NCBI GenBank assembly: GCA_028279315.1
Contig: JANQNZ010000119.1
Coordinates: 1-46,024 of the forward strand
DNA length: 46,024 nucleotides
From: Rhodophyticola sp.
Lineage (GTDB): Bacteria; Pseudomonadota; Alphaproteobacteria; Rhodobacterales; Rhodobacteraceae
Direction: 5' to 3'
The notes beneath the pieces were generated by a model. The model saw only the letters and a list, made by a program, of their open reading frames with translations, was not told the origin of the DNA and ran no database searches. The position numbers and the translations under genes are program-made. This document shows, one piece after another, positions 1 through 8,294 of this stretch. Position 1 is the first letter of the stretch; each line of letters starts with the position of its first letter.

Positions 1-1
1 T

Positions 2-748
2 TTGACCTCGCCTGTCTTGCCTGAGATGGACACCGCCCCACAAATCTCCCAACCCGATCCGCTCTCCAATCCGCAGAGCGCCGATGTCGCTCCCTCCGCT
101 CTCCCGCACCCGTCCGCTCCGCTCAATGCACCGCAAGTTGAGGTGGCGGCGTTGGCGCTGCCGGATGTCTCCAATGCCAGCCCTCTCGGCGCAACCTCCC
201 GAACTGAGGATCGGTCCGCACCAGCGGCACCGTCCACACTCTCCGCGCCTGCCCCGGTCGCCCCGCCTGATCTGAGCGACACCGCGCTTTCACCCCTTGC
301 GGCGCGCAGCTCTCCTCGGCCCAGGCTCCGCCCCGAACGGCCAGTCGCGCAAGTGCAACCAAGCCAAGCCTCCACCCCGCAACCCGCGCGCATCGCGGCG
401 GGCAGCGGCGGGGGCAACAGCCAAGGCGTCGCAGCCCCAACAGCCCCGGCGGCAACGGCGCAAGCGCAAGTCAACACCGCGTCGCTTATGGCAGAATGGG
501 GCGCCCGCATTCAGGCGCGGGTGGAGCGCAGCCGTCCCCGCGTACGCGCGCAAGGCACAGTCACCGTTCAAGTTCAGGTCAGCCGGGATGGGCGGGTATT
601 GGCCATGGGCATCACAAGGCCTTCGGGCAATCCGGCGGTGGATCAGGCGGCGCTCCAAGCCGTACGTCAGGCCGGGCGCTTCCCCGCCGCGCCGGACGGG
701 CTGCCCGGCTCTACGCACCGGTTCAACCTGCCGATGCGGTTCCAATAG
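2..748 (+). CDS. TonB-family energy transducer / TonB C-terminal domain protein (5'-truncated by window)
   Basis: Long Pro/Ala/Ser-rich linker followed by a TonB_C-like end (GTVTVQVQVSRDGRV...SGNPAVDQAALQAVRQAGRFP). Confidence 0.8.
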   Translation: MTSPVLPEMDTAPQISQPDPLSNPQSADVAPSALPHPSAPLNAPQVEVAALALPDVSNASPLGATSRTEDRSAPAAPSTLSAPAPVAPPDLSDTALSPLAARSSPRPRLRPERPVAQVQPSQASTPQPARIAAGSGGGNSQGVAAPTAPAATAQAQVNTASLMAEWGARIQARVERSRPRVRAQGTVTVQVQVSRDGRVLAMGITRPSGNPAVDQAALQAVRQAGRFPAAPDGLPGSTHRFNLPMRFQ

Positions 749-781
749 AAAGAAACCGGGCGAGGCTTTCGCCCCGCCCGG
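749..781 (-). terminator. Intrinsic terminator between convergent genes
   Basis: Stem CCGGGCG-A-GGC / GCC-C-CGCCCGG (756-781) with a 4-nt loop; on the minus strand it is followed by TTTCTTT. Confidence 0.7.
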
Positions 782-808
782 CCTGATCTCGCTAATCCGA
801 AACGCGGA

Positions 809-1309
809 TCAGTCGACGCGATCGATATACATCTCGGCAAGCTCCGCCGTGGTGTAATCATTGGCGTTCACGTCCAGGAACGCTGCCAATTGCTGGTTGC
901 CTTGGCTGGCGCCGCTGCTTTGGGTCGACACGGTCTCGGACCCACCGCTGAGGATGCGGTTGATCGTCGGCATGTCGTTTTCTTCCATCGCCACAGTCAG
1001 CTGGATCAGCTCAGCCGTGGAATAGACGCCAGGCTCAACACCGAGGGAAGCAGCCAGTTGCCGGTCGCCTTGACCAACGGCTGCACCTTGGGAGGAGACG
1101 GTTTCGCCGCCTGCGCCCAGGATGTGGTTCGCGGTGATGACGTCATCGCCTTCCAGCGCCACGGCAAGCTGGATCAGTTCAGCCGTGGTGTAGACGCCCG
1201 GCTCAACGCCCACAGACGCGGCCAGGTTCGCATCATTGGCGAAAGCGGGCAGGGTCAGGGCGGCGGTCAGCGCGGCGGCGGTGCCAAGCGAGAGAATATT
1301 GCGGGTCAT
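809..1309 (-). CDS. Secreted acidic protein (166 aa) with about 2.5 copies of a 56-aa internal repeat
   Basis: ATG at 1309 preceded by AAAAGGAG; Sec signal ending ...LPAFA|ND; repeats LAASVGVEPGVYTTAEL / LAASLGVEPGVYSTAEL / LAAFLDVNANDYTTAEL at a 168-bp period. Confidence 0.85.
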   Translation of the reverse strand: MTRNILSLGTAAALTAALTLPAFANDANLAASVGVEPGVYTTAELIQLAVALEGDDVITANHILGAGGETVSSQGAAVGQGDRQLAASLGVEPGVYSTAELIQLTVAMEENDMPTINRILSGGSETVSTQSSGASQGNQQLAAFLDVNANDYTTAELAEMYIDRVD

Positions 1310-1381
1310 GTCGGGTCTCCTTTTCATCCTTCGGGGCCGGTGTGTGTGAATGTGTGTGGGTGGCCCCGTCTTGATGATCCG

Positions 1382-1449
1382 AATATGAGCACCGTCCCGA
1401 CCCGCCACTTGAACCGGAGCGTCAGTTTTTTGAACCGAACCGTTTAGTT
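1382..1449 (-). promoter_or_regulatory. Putative AraC-activated promoter with tandem half-sites
   Basis: Direct repeat TTGAACCGGAGCGT (1409-1422) / TTGAACCGAACCGT (1430-1443), 12/14 identical, 21-bp period; -10-like CATATT on the minus strand at 1387-1382; no good -35. Confidence 0.6.
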
Positions 1450-2333
1450 CAGAAAAGATGCTTTCGGTAGGAGGACGGCGTCTCCCCAGTCGCCGCCTTA
1501 AAGCTGCGCGATAGATGCGCCTGGTCCGCAAATCCGGTCGCCAGCGCGATCTCACCCAGGCTGGCATCAGAGCGTTGCAGCAAGCTCCGCGCGGCGGCGA
1601 TCCGGCGGTGACGGATCAGATCTTGCGGCGTCATGCCCGCGGAATGCTTCACCGCCCGGGTGAAGACCGATTCCGACATGCCCAAGTGATGGGCCAGGTC
1701 CGGCGTCCGCAAAGTGCGGTCGATATGCCCGTCGATATAGTCCAGAAGCGCGCCATACCGCTCCACATCCAGCCCGCCTTCGCCCGAGTAAGGCGCCGCA
1801 TCAACCAGAAGATACCGGCGCGCAAGCGTGATGAGGAAGACGCGGGCCAGCGCATCAAACAGGATCGACTGACCGGGCCCGGGCACTTCGACGGCCTGTT
1901 TCAACTCCGTGACCAAGGCAAAAAGCTCGGAGTCCTGAAAGGTGATCATGGTTTCCAGGCAACTGCCTGATGCCAAGAGCCTCAGATCGCCCGCCACGAA
2001 ATCACGGACACCCGTGGGCGAAACTTGAACGATCGCGAATTCCGCTGGCCCATGCCATTCCCAGGAGCTGATCGTGCCCGCAGGCGTGGCGTTGATGTCG
2101 TCCTTGGACAGCGCCAAGTCCAGCCGCTCACCATTCCGGCGCTGCACAAAGCGCATCTCGTCGGCCTGGAGCGGGATAAGCATCGTGTGCTCCGTCAGCT
2201 CGCGGGTGTCCAACCGGCCGGGGCCGCCTTGGAAGTAGTCGAGCCGGAACGAGGCCACCGCCGCCGGTCCGGGAAGATCGACGGAACTGAACCTGGCCTC
2301 AGTGACCGAAAGCTGGAAGGACTGATCTCCCAT
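1449..2333 (-). CDS. AraC/XylS-family transcriptional regulator
   Basis: C-terminal double HTH with signature SLGEIALATGFADQAHLSRSFKAATGETPSSYR; cupin-like N-terminus. Confidence 0.95.
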   Translation of the reverse strand: MGDQSFQLSVTEARFSSVDLPGPAAVASFRLDYFQGGPGRLDTRELTEHTMLIPLQADEMRFVQRRNGERLDLALSKDDINATPAGTISSWEWHGPAEFAIVQVSPTGVRDFVAGDLRLLASGSCLETMITFQDSELFALVTELKQAVEVPGPGQSILFDALARVFLITLARRYLLVDAAPYSGEGGLDVERYGALLDYIDGHIDRTLRTPDLAHHLGMSESVFTRAVKHSAGMTPQDLIRHRRIAAARSLLQRSDASLGEIALATGFADQAHLSRSFKAATGETPSSYRKHLF

Positions 2334-2347
2334 CGGCGCCCCAAAAA

Positions 2348-2364
2348 TACCAAACCGTTCAGTT
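2348..2364. promoter_or_regulatory. Quasi-palindromic operator-like site upstream of araC
   Basis: TACCAAAC-C-GTTCAGTT, 14/17 identical to AACCGAAC-C-GTTTAGTT at 1433-1449. Confidence 0.5.
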
Positions 2365-2532
2365 TAAAATAGGATTGGCGTGCAGTGATGCAATGGCGGG
2401 CCGATGCCTCCTGCCAAATCCCGCCGATGGCGCGCCGAGGCCGCCATTCCGACGCAGGGGCCGCAAACGGGCTTTAACCCGAGGCCCGCCCTGCTAGCTT
2501 TGCCGGGAAGGCCGATGATGAGGGGCACCCCT

Positions 2533-3213
2533 GTGCTGCACATCCAAAATCTCCATAAGCGGTTTCTGACCGAAGACGGGCCGCTCCCTGTGCTTCGGGG
2601 TGTGTCGCTTGGCCTGGAGGCGGGTGAGACCCTGGCCCTGACGGGGGAAAGCGGGTCGGGGAAAAGCACGCTTCTGCATCTGATCGGCGGCCTCGATTAT
2701 CCCGATGAGGGTGAGATTACGATCGATGGCGCAGAGATCGGGGCGCTTGACGATAAAGGCCGCGCTGCGCTCAGGCGTGATGTCGTGGGCCTTGTGTTTC
2801 AGCAGTTCAACCTGATCCCCTCTCTGACGGCAGGTCAGAATCTGAGTTTCCAGGCGCGGCTTGCCGGGCGGCATGACCCGGATTGGGATCAGACGCTCGC
2901 CGACCGCCTGGGCCTCACCGACACGCTAGGCCGGTATCCGGAGCAACTGTCCGGCGGGCAGCAGCAGCGGGTCGCGATTGGCCGAACGCTCGCCGCACGG
3001 CCCCGGCTGATCCTGGCGGATGAGCCGACGGGCAATTTGGATGAGGACACGGGCGATGCCGTGCTCGACCTGCTTCTGGAACTCGCGGCGGAGACCCAAA
3101 CGGCGGTTCTGATGGTCACCCATTCCCGCCGCTTAGCCGCGCGTCTGGCGCGCCAGGTGCATCTGAGCCACGGGCAATTGGCCACCCCTTCCGAAGAAAG
3201 CGCGGCGGAGTGA
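2533..3213 (+). CDS. ABC transporter ATP-binding protein, LolD/MacB-like
   Basis: Walker A GESGSGKS, signature LSGGQQQRVAIGR, ILADEPTGNLD, H-loop MVTH; GTG 2533 follows GAGGGG (ATG 2515/2518 are alternatives). Confidence 0.92.
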   Translation: MLHIQNLHKRFLTEDGPLPVLRGVSLGLEAGETLALTGESGSGKSTLLHLIGGLDYPDEGEITIDGAEIGALDDKGRAALRRDVVGLVFQQFNLIPSLTAGQNLSFQARLAGRHDPDWDQTLADRLGLTDTLGRYPEQLSGGQQQRVAIGRTLAARPRLILADEPTGNLDEDTGDAVLDLLLELAAETQTAVLMVTHSRRLAARLARQVHLSHGQLATPSEESAAE

Positions 3214-5618
3214 CCTGGGCCGCGATCTCTGCGATTCTGGCCCATTGGCGGCGTCACCCGGGGCAATGTGCAACCCTGGTTCTGGGCCTGGCACTCGCCA
3301 CCGCGCTTTGGTCCGGCGTGCAGGCGATCAATGCGGAGGCGCGGGCCTCTTACGACCAAGCCGCTCAGGTCCTCGGCCAAGACCAACTTGCGCGGCTCTC
3401 CCGGGCCGATGGCGCGCCCGTGCCACTCGACACCTATATCGCGCTGCGCCGCGCCGGATACCTCGTCTCGCCGGTGATCGAGGCCGAGATCCGGACACCC
3501 GGCGCGCGGCTGCGCATCCTTGGCATCGACCCGCTGACCGCCCCGCCGGAGGCGCAGGCCCCCGCACTAACCGGGGGTGAAGTGGCGTTCACCGATCTTC
3601 TCGGCACACCGGGTCGCCTCTTTGTCGCGCCCGAGACCGCTCAGCGTCCGCTGCCGCCCGATCTGCCGCCTTTGATTCTGGCGGCCAATCTCGCGCCGGG
3701 CACGGCGGTGACCGATATCGGGACGGCCGCACGGCTCAGCGGGCAGGAGGACCCGTCATATCTGTTGGTTGCAACGCGCCAACCGGCGGGCCTGCCCGCC
3801 CTTGCGCCGGACACCTTCAGATTGACCCTGACCGAGCCACAATCCGGCAATGACCTCGCCCGTCTGACTGACAGCTTCCACCTCAACCTCACCGCCTTCG
3901 GCCTCCTCGCCTTTGCCGTGGGGCTGTTCATCGTCCATGCCGCGATTGGGTTGGCCTTCGAACAACGCCGGAGCAGTTTTCGTACGCTCCGCGCCCTTGG
4001 CCTGCCGCTCAGGCGCCTCGTGGTGCTGTTGGGCGCCGAGTTGACCCTTTTTGCCTTGGTTTCGGGTCTCATCGGCATCGCCCTTGGCTACGCCATCGCG
4101 GCCGCCCTTCTGCCCGATGTCGCGGGCACCTTGCGCGGGCTTTACGGCGCGGAGATCGCAGGCCAGTTGAGCTTCCGCCCGGCCTGGGCCCTGACCGGTC
4201 TGGCCATTGCTGGGCTTGGTACGGCGCTTGCCGCCGCCCAAGCGCTCTGGCGCGTCAGCCGGCTGCCGCTTTTGGCCCCGGCGCAGCCAAGGGCCTGGGC
4301 CATGGCGACACGGCAAAGCCTTGTGACCCAGTTTGGCGCGGCGGGCGCCCTAGCCCTCATCGGCGTACTGCTTGCACTGTTTGGCTCCGGCCTGATCGTT
4401 GGGTTCACAATCCTCGCCGCCTTGCTGCTTGCCGCCGCCCTCGCCTTACCCGGGGTCTTGATCGCTCTTGTCTCCGCTCTCTCGCGCTTTGCCACGACAC
4501 CACTCCGCGAATGGCTCCTGGCCGATACCCGCCAGCAAATCCCGGGCCTCTCGCTTGCCCTTATGGCGCTGCTTCTGGCGCTATCCGCCAATATCGGGGT
4601 CTCGACCATGGTTGGGTCGTTCCGCACAACCTTCACCGGCTGGCTCGACCAGCGCTTGGCTTCTGAGCTTTACGTCACCGCCCGAAGCCCCGAAGAGGCA
4701 CAAGACATCCGCGCCGCAATTCAGGATGAGGTGCAAGCGGTGTTGCCGATTATCGCCGTTGAGACGGAGCTTCTTGGCCTACCGGGCAGGCTTTATGGCA
4801 TCGCCGATCACGCCACCTATCGCGATCATTGGCCGCTTCTGGATGCCACCGAGACCATCTGGGACGACATCGCTGCCGGGCAAGCGGTTCTGGTGAACGA
4901 GCAATTGGCCCGGCGGGAGGGGCTCGGCATTGGCGACATGTTTCCGCTGTCCCCCGATTGGGCGCTGCCCATCACGGGCATTTATTCTGATTATGGCAAC
5001 CCGGAAGGTCAGGCGATCATCGGATTGGCGCTGTTTGGTGAGCGGTTCCCCAACGAACCCCAACTCCGCTTCGCCATCCGAGTCCCGCCCGCCGACGCGC
5101 CCGCCCTGGCCGAGCGGCTGCGGGGTGACTTCAACCTCCCGCCCGGCAACGTGATCAACCAGGACGAGATCAAACGCTTCTCCCTCCGCGTATTCGAACA
5201 GACCTTCCTGGTGACCGGCGCCCTCAACATCCTGACCCTCGGCGTGGCAAGCTTCGCGCTTTTGACCAGCCTCTTGACGCTGGCCGGAATGCGCCTGCCG
5301 CAACTGGCGCCGGTCTGGGCCCTTGGGCAGACCCGGGCAAGCCTGGCGCGGGCTGAGTTGTGGCGCACGGCGTTGCTAGCCGCGCTGACGTTTCTGCTCG
5401 CGATCCCAACCGGATTGGCGCTGGCCTGGGTGCTTCTGGCGATTGTGAATGTGGAGGCCTTCGGCTGGCGCCTGCCGATGCAGGTCTTCCCGGGCGACTG
5501 GCTGCGCCTTGGTCTCTATGCCCTTCTGGCGGCCCTTCTGGCCGCGGCCTGGCCGGCCTGGCGCCTGTCCCGCGCCGCGCCTTCCGACCTTCTGAAGGTC
5601 TTCGCCCATGAACGTTAG
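3210..5618 (+). CDS. FtsX-like ABC permease with two repeated halves (802 aa)
   Basis: Two FtsX/MacB-type TM blocks with periplasmic loops; motif EQRRSSFRTLRALGL; GTGA overlap with the ATPase. Confidence 0.9.
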   Translation: MTWAAISAILAHWRRHPGQCATLVLGLALATALWSGVQAINAEARASYDQAAQVLGQDQLARLSRADGAPVPLDTYIALRRAGYLVSPVIEAEIRTPGARLRILGIDPLTAPPEAQAPALTGGEVAFTDLLGTPGRLFVAPETAQRPLPPDLPPLILAANLAPGTAVTDIGTAARLSGQEDPSYLLVATRQPAGLPALAPDTFRLTLTEPQSGNDLARLTDSFHLNLTAFGLLAFAVGLFIVHAAIGLAFEQRRSSFRTLRALGLPLRRLVVLLGAELTLFALVSGLIGIALGYAIAAALLPDVAGTLRGLYGAEIAGQLSFRPAWALTGLAIAGLGTALAAAQALWRVSRLPLLAPAQPRAWAMATRQSLVTQFGAAGALALIGVLLALFGSGLIVGFTILAALLLAAALALPGVLIALVSALSRFATTPLREWLLADTRQQIPGLSLALMALLLALSANIGVSTMVGSFRTTFTGWLDQRLASELYVTARSPEEAQDIRAAIQDEVQAVLPIIAVETELLGLPGRLYGIADHATYRDHWPLLDATETIWDDIAAGQAVLVNEQLARREGLGIGDMFPLSPDWALPITGIYSDYGNPEGQAIIGLALFGERFPNEPQLRFAIRVPPADAPALAERLRGDFNLPPGNVINQDEIKRFSLRVFEQTFLVTGALNILTLGVASFALLTSLLTLAGMRLPQLAPVWALGQTRASLARAELWRTALLAALTFLLAIPTGLALAWVLLAIVNVEAFGWRLPMQVFPGDWLRLGLYALLAALLAAAWPAWRLSRAAPSDLLKVFAHER

Positions 5619-6669
5619 AACCCTCCTCCTCCCCCTGCTCTTCGCGGCAAATCAGGGTCTATCCCAGGGCTTTGCGGGTCTCGGCACCGACGCCGAGGGC
5701 TTTGCTGTGCCAGCCCCCAACCCGGTTTTCGACTTCCCCGCGGACCATGGACCCCATCCCGAGTATCGCATCGAATGGTGGTATCTGACCGCGACCCTCA
5801 CCGGCGCGGATGGGGCCGATTACGGCATTCAATGGACCCTCTTCCGCTCCGCGCTTGAACCCACAGACGCGGTAGGCTGGCAACCCACACAGCTTTGGAT
5901 GGGCCACGCTGGCCTGACCACCGCCGACGACCATTTCCACGCCGAACGCCTGGCCCGGGGCGGGATTGGCCAAGCGGGGGTGGAGGCCGAACCGTTTCAG
6001 GCCTGGATCGATGATTGGGCCATGAGTTCCTCGGCAGGCGTGGGCGAAGACGCCTATTCGGCCCTGACCGTCGCGGCCCGAGGCGCGGAGTTCGCCTATG
6101 ACCTCGACCTCCAGGCCACAGGCCCGCTGATCTTCCACGGCGCCGAGGGCTTCTCGGTGAAATCCGCCGATGGGCAGGCGAGCTATTACTATTCGCAGCC
6201 CTTCTACGAGGTCACCGGCACCCTCACCTTGCCCGATGGGCCAATGGAGGTCACCGGCACCGCGTGGCTGGACCGGGAATGGTCCTCCCAACCCCTCTCC
6301 CCAGACCAAACCGGGTGGGATTGGTTCTCGCTCCAATTCCAAGACGGCGCGCGGCTGATGGGGTTTGGCCTCCGCTCCGAGACACGGGCCAACTATACGT
6401 CGGCCACTTGGATTGCGCCGGACGGCGCCACAACCGCCTATCCCGATGGCGCGCTGCGATTGACGCCCCTGGCCATGGCAGAGGTGGCCGGTCGGCAAGT
6501 CCCCGTCGAATGGCGCGTGGAGATGCCCGCGCGTGGCGTCGATATCGAGACCACCCCTTTGAATCCGCAAAGCTGGATGGGTACGAGCTTCCCCTATTGG
6601 GAGGGTCCAATCCGCTTCACGGGCAGCCATGAGGGGCGCGGATATCTGGAAATGACGGGCTATGACTAG
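5608..6669 (+). CDS. Secreted lipocalin-like protein, AttH/CrtC family
   Basis: Signal peptide; motifs FPADHGPHPEYRIEWWY, SYYYSQP, AWLDREWSS, GWDWFS, YWEGP, GYLEMTGY. Confidence 0.88.
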   Translation: MNVRTLLLPLLFAANQGLSQGFAGLGTDAEGFAVPAPNPVFDFPADHGPHPEYRIEWWYLTATLTGADGADYGIQWTLFRSALEPTDAVGWQPTQLWMGHAGLTTADDHFHAERLARGGIGQAGVEAEPFQAWIDDWAMSSSAGVGEDAYSALTVAARGAEFAYDLDLQATGPLIFHGAEGFSVKSADGQASYYYSQPFYEVTGTLTLPDGPMEVTGTAWLDREWSSQPLSPDQTGWDWFSLQFQDGARLMGFGLRSETRANYTSATWIAPDGATTAYPDGALRLTPLAMAEVAGRQVPVEWRVEMPARGVDIETTPLNPQSWMGTSFPYWEGPIRFTGSHEGRGYLEMTGYD

Positions 6670-6695
6670 GGTCTAACGCATCGTCTAGACTCTAA

Positions 6696-8174
6696 TCAGC
6701 TGGCTCCAACAAAAAGCGGAAAACTCACTGCCAAGGCCCAAGCCAACACCACGCCCAAGCCCACCCCCACACCAAGCGCTGACCCTGTGCGTCGCCCGAT
6801 CCAGCCGCCCATCAGGCCAAAGGTGAGGTAGAAGAGCACGATCACCGGTAGGATCAGGATCAGGAAGAAGAGCCGCTCGAAATCCAGCGCCACGGCGACT
6901 CCAAGCGAGGCCAGAAACGCAATCCGCACCACCCATCGGCGCCAAAGCCGCGCCTGGCCCGCCTGCAACAGGGCCGCATCCGCCACCATGGCCAGGATCG
7001 CCCCGGGCAGGATCGCCGCCAGGATCGGTAGCCGCCCAGCATGGGGATAGAAGCTCGCCACATAGCGATCGAGCACGCCGCCGAAGACCAGAAGCCCATA
7101 AGCGGCCAGCACCAACCCCACCCACCAATGCCGGATGCGCGGCAAATCCCCCTCCACCGCCAAGCCCGCCAGAACCAGCGCCCCATAAACCGCCAAATGC
7201 AGCGCAAGATAGTCTGCCACAAGGACGGGCAAAAACCGTGTCTCGAACACCGCCAGCACCAGGGGTGTCAGAACCGCCGGGATCAGCGCCAACATCCAAA
7301 ACGCACCGGGTGGGATCTCGGCCAGGCGGGCGCCATGCGGCAAGGCGTTGGCGATTGGGATGACCAACAAGACCACACCGAAGAGCGTCAGAAGAATGGG
7401 CCATCCCGTGGCGGCCACGCCATTTGCGGTGCTGCGCCCGAAGCTCGCGTTCAGCCAATCCCGCGCTTCAACCAGCCCCGGCGCGGCATAGAGCACACCC
7501 ACATGCTCCACCATCGGCACGGCGACGGCGCGGCGGGCGAAACTCTCCCCCGGCTGGCCCACGGTCTCACCTTCGCTCGCCTCAAGCTCTCCCATGATCC
7601 GGCGCGCCTCGGCCCGCAGCGCCCCCTCCCAGGCCCCGTTCAGGATCAGCATATTGGCGGGGTCTTCCGCGGTGACGGCCTCGGAGAAGAGTGACAGGAC
7701 AACAACGGCGCCGACGCGCTCATCAACCAGGGCCTGGCGCACCACGATGTCGGAGGCCATTGAGTGCCCCAAAAGCGCCACTCGCCCATCCGCGCCAGGA
7801 AGCGCCAGCGCCGCATCAGTGACCCGGCCGGTCTCCGCCATCAACAGCCGGGTTGTGCCTTCGATCGCAGTCACATCGCCCGACATCGGAACAGGGTTCC
7901 GGCCGTGACCCTCAAAATCGAAACTGACGGTGATGTACCCGGCGCGGGCCAGAGTCAGTTGATAAGGCTGCATCAACTGGCGTGATCCGGCGAAGCCATG
8001 GGCGATGACCACAACCGGCGCTTGGGTTCCGGGCACCCGCATGACGGTCGCCGGCGTCTGCCCCACCTCAATGGTGGTGATCTCCAACCCCGCGCGCGGA
8101 CGTTCGAGCAGGAACAACCCCAGCCCGATCGACAGAAGCGCCAACAGCGTGACAAGGAGGTTACGCAAAATCAC
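6696..8174 (-). CDS. Alpha/beta hydrolase with N-terminal anchor and multi-TM C-terminal domain
   Basis: HGFAG oxyanion motif, DFEGHG, nucleophile elbow GHSMA, EHVGV; many C-terminal hydrophobic helices; GTG 8174 follows GGAG. Confidence 0.82.
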   Translation of the reverse strand: MILRNLLVTLLALLSIGLGLFLLERPRAGLEITTIEVGQTPATVMRVPGTQAPVVVIAHGFAGSRQLMQPYQLTLARAGYITVSFDFEGHGRNPVPMSGDVTAIEGTTRLLMAETGRVTDAALALPGADGRVALLGHSMASDIVVRQALVDERVGAVVVLSLFSEAVTAEDPANMLILNGAWEGALRAEARRIMGELEASEGETVGQPGESFARRAVAVPMVEHVGVLYAAPGLVEARDWLNASFGRSTANGVAATGWPILLTLFGVVLLVIPIANALPHGARLAEIPPGAFWMLALIPAVLTPLVLAVFETRFLPVLVADYLALHLAVYGALVLAGLAVEGDLPRIRHWWVGLVLAAYGLLVFGGVLDRYVASFYPHAGRLPILAAILPGAILAMVADAALLQAGQARLWRRWVVRIAFLASLGVAVALDFERLFFLILILPVIVLFYLTFGLMGGWIGRRTGSALGVGVGLGVVLAWALAVSFPLFVGAS

Positions 8175-8294
8175 CCGCGTCTCCGCAACACCCGTTTCCC
8201 GAGGGGTGAGCATAAAAGACCTCCGCCCAAAGCCAATCTTCAAATGCGTGGCATCATCTGGCGCTTTTGCAGCGAACATGCTCTATCCCGTCCC

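Noticed and set aside
809-1240. 168-bp DNA repeats as a CRISPR or non-coding array
   Set aside because: Repeats are in-frame, diverge mainly at synonymous positions, and no cas genes are present
1409-1451. GAAC/GTTC-rich segment as an alphaproteobacterial LexA box
   Set aside because: No GTTC-N7-GTTC or GAAC-N7-GAAC spacing
1310-1567. N-terminal extension of the repeat protein in the ORF track
   Set aside because: Overlaps araC and the promoter; the RBS and signal peptide place the start at 1309
5608-6669. Carotenoid 1,2-hydratase crtC
   Set aside because: Shares family motifs but has a signal peptide, sits in an ABC operon and has no crt neighbours; better called AttH-like
8248-8272. Sigma54-like TGGC...TTGC upstream of serB
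   Set aside because: Spacing does not fit TGGCAC-N5-TTGC
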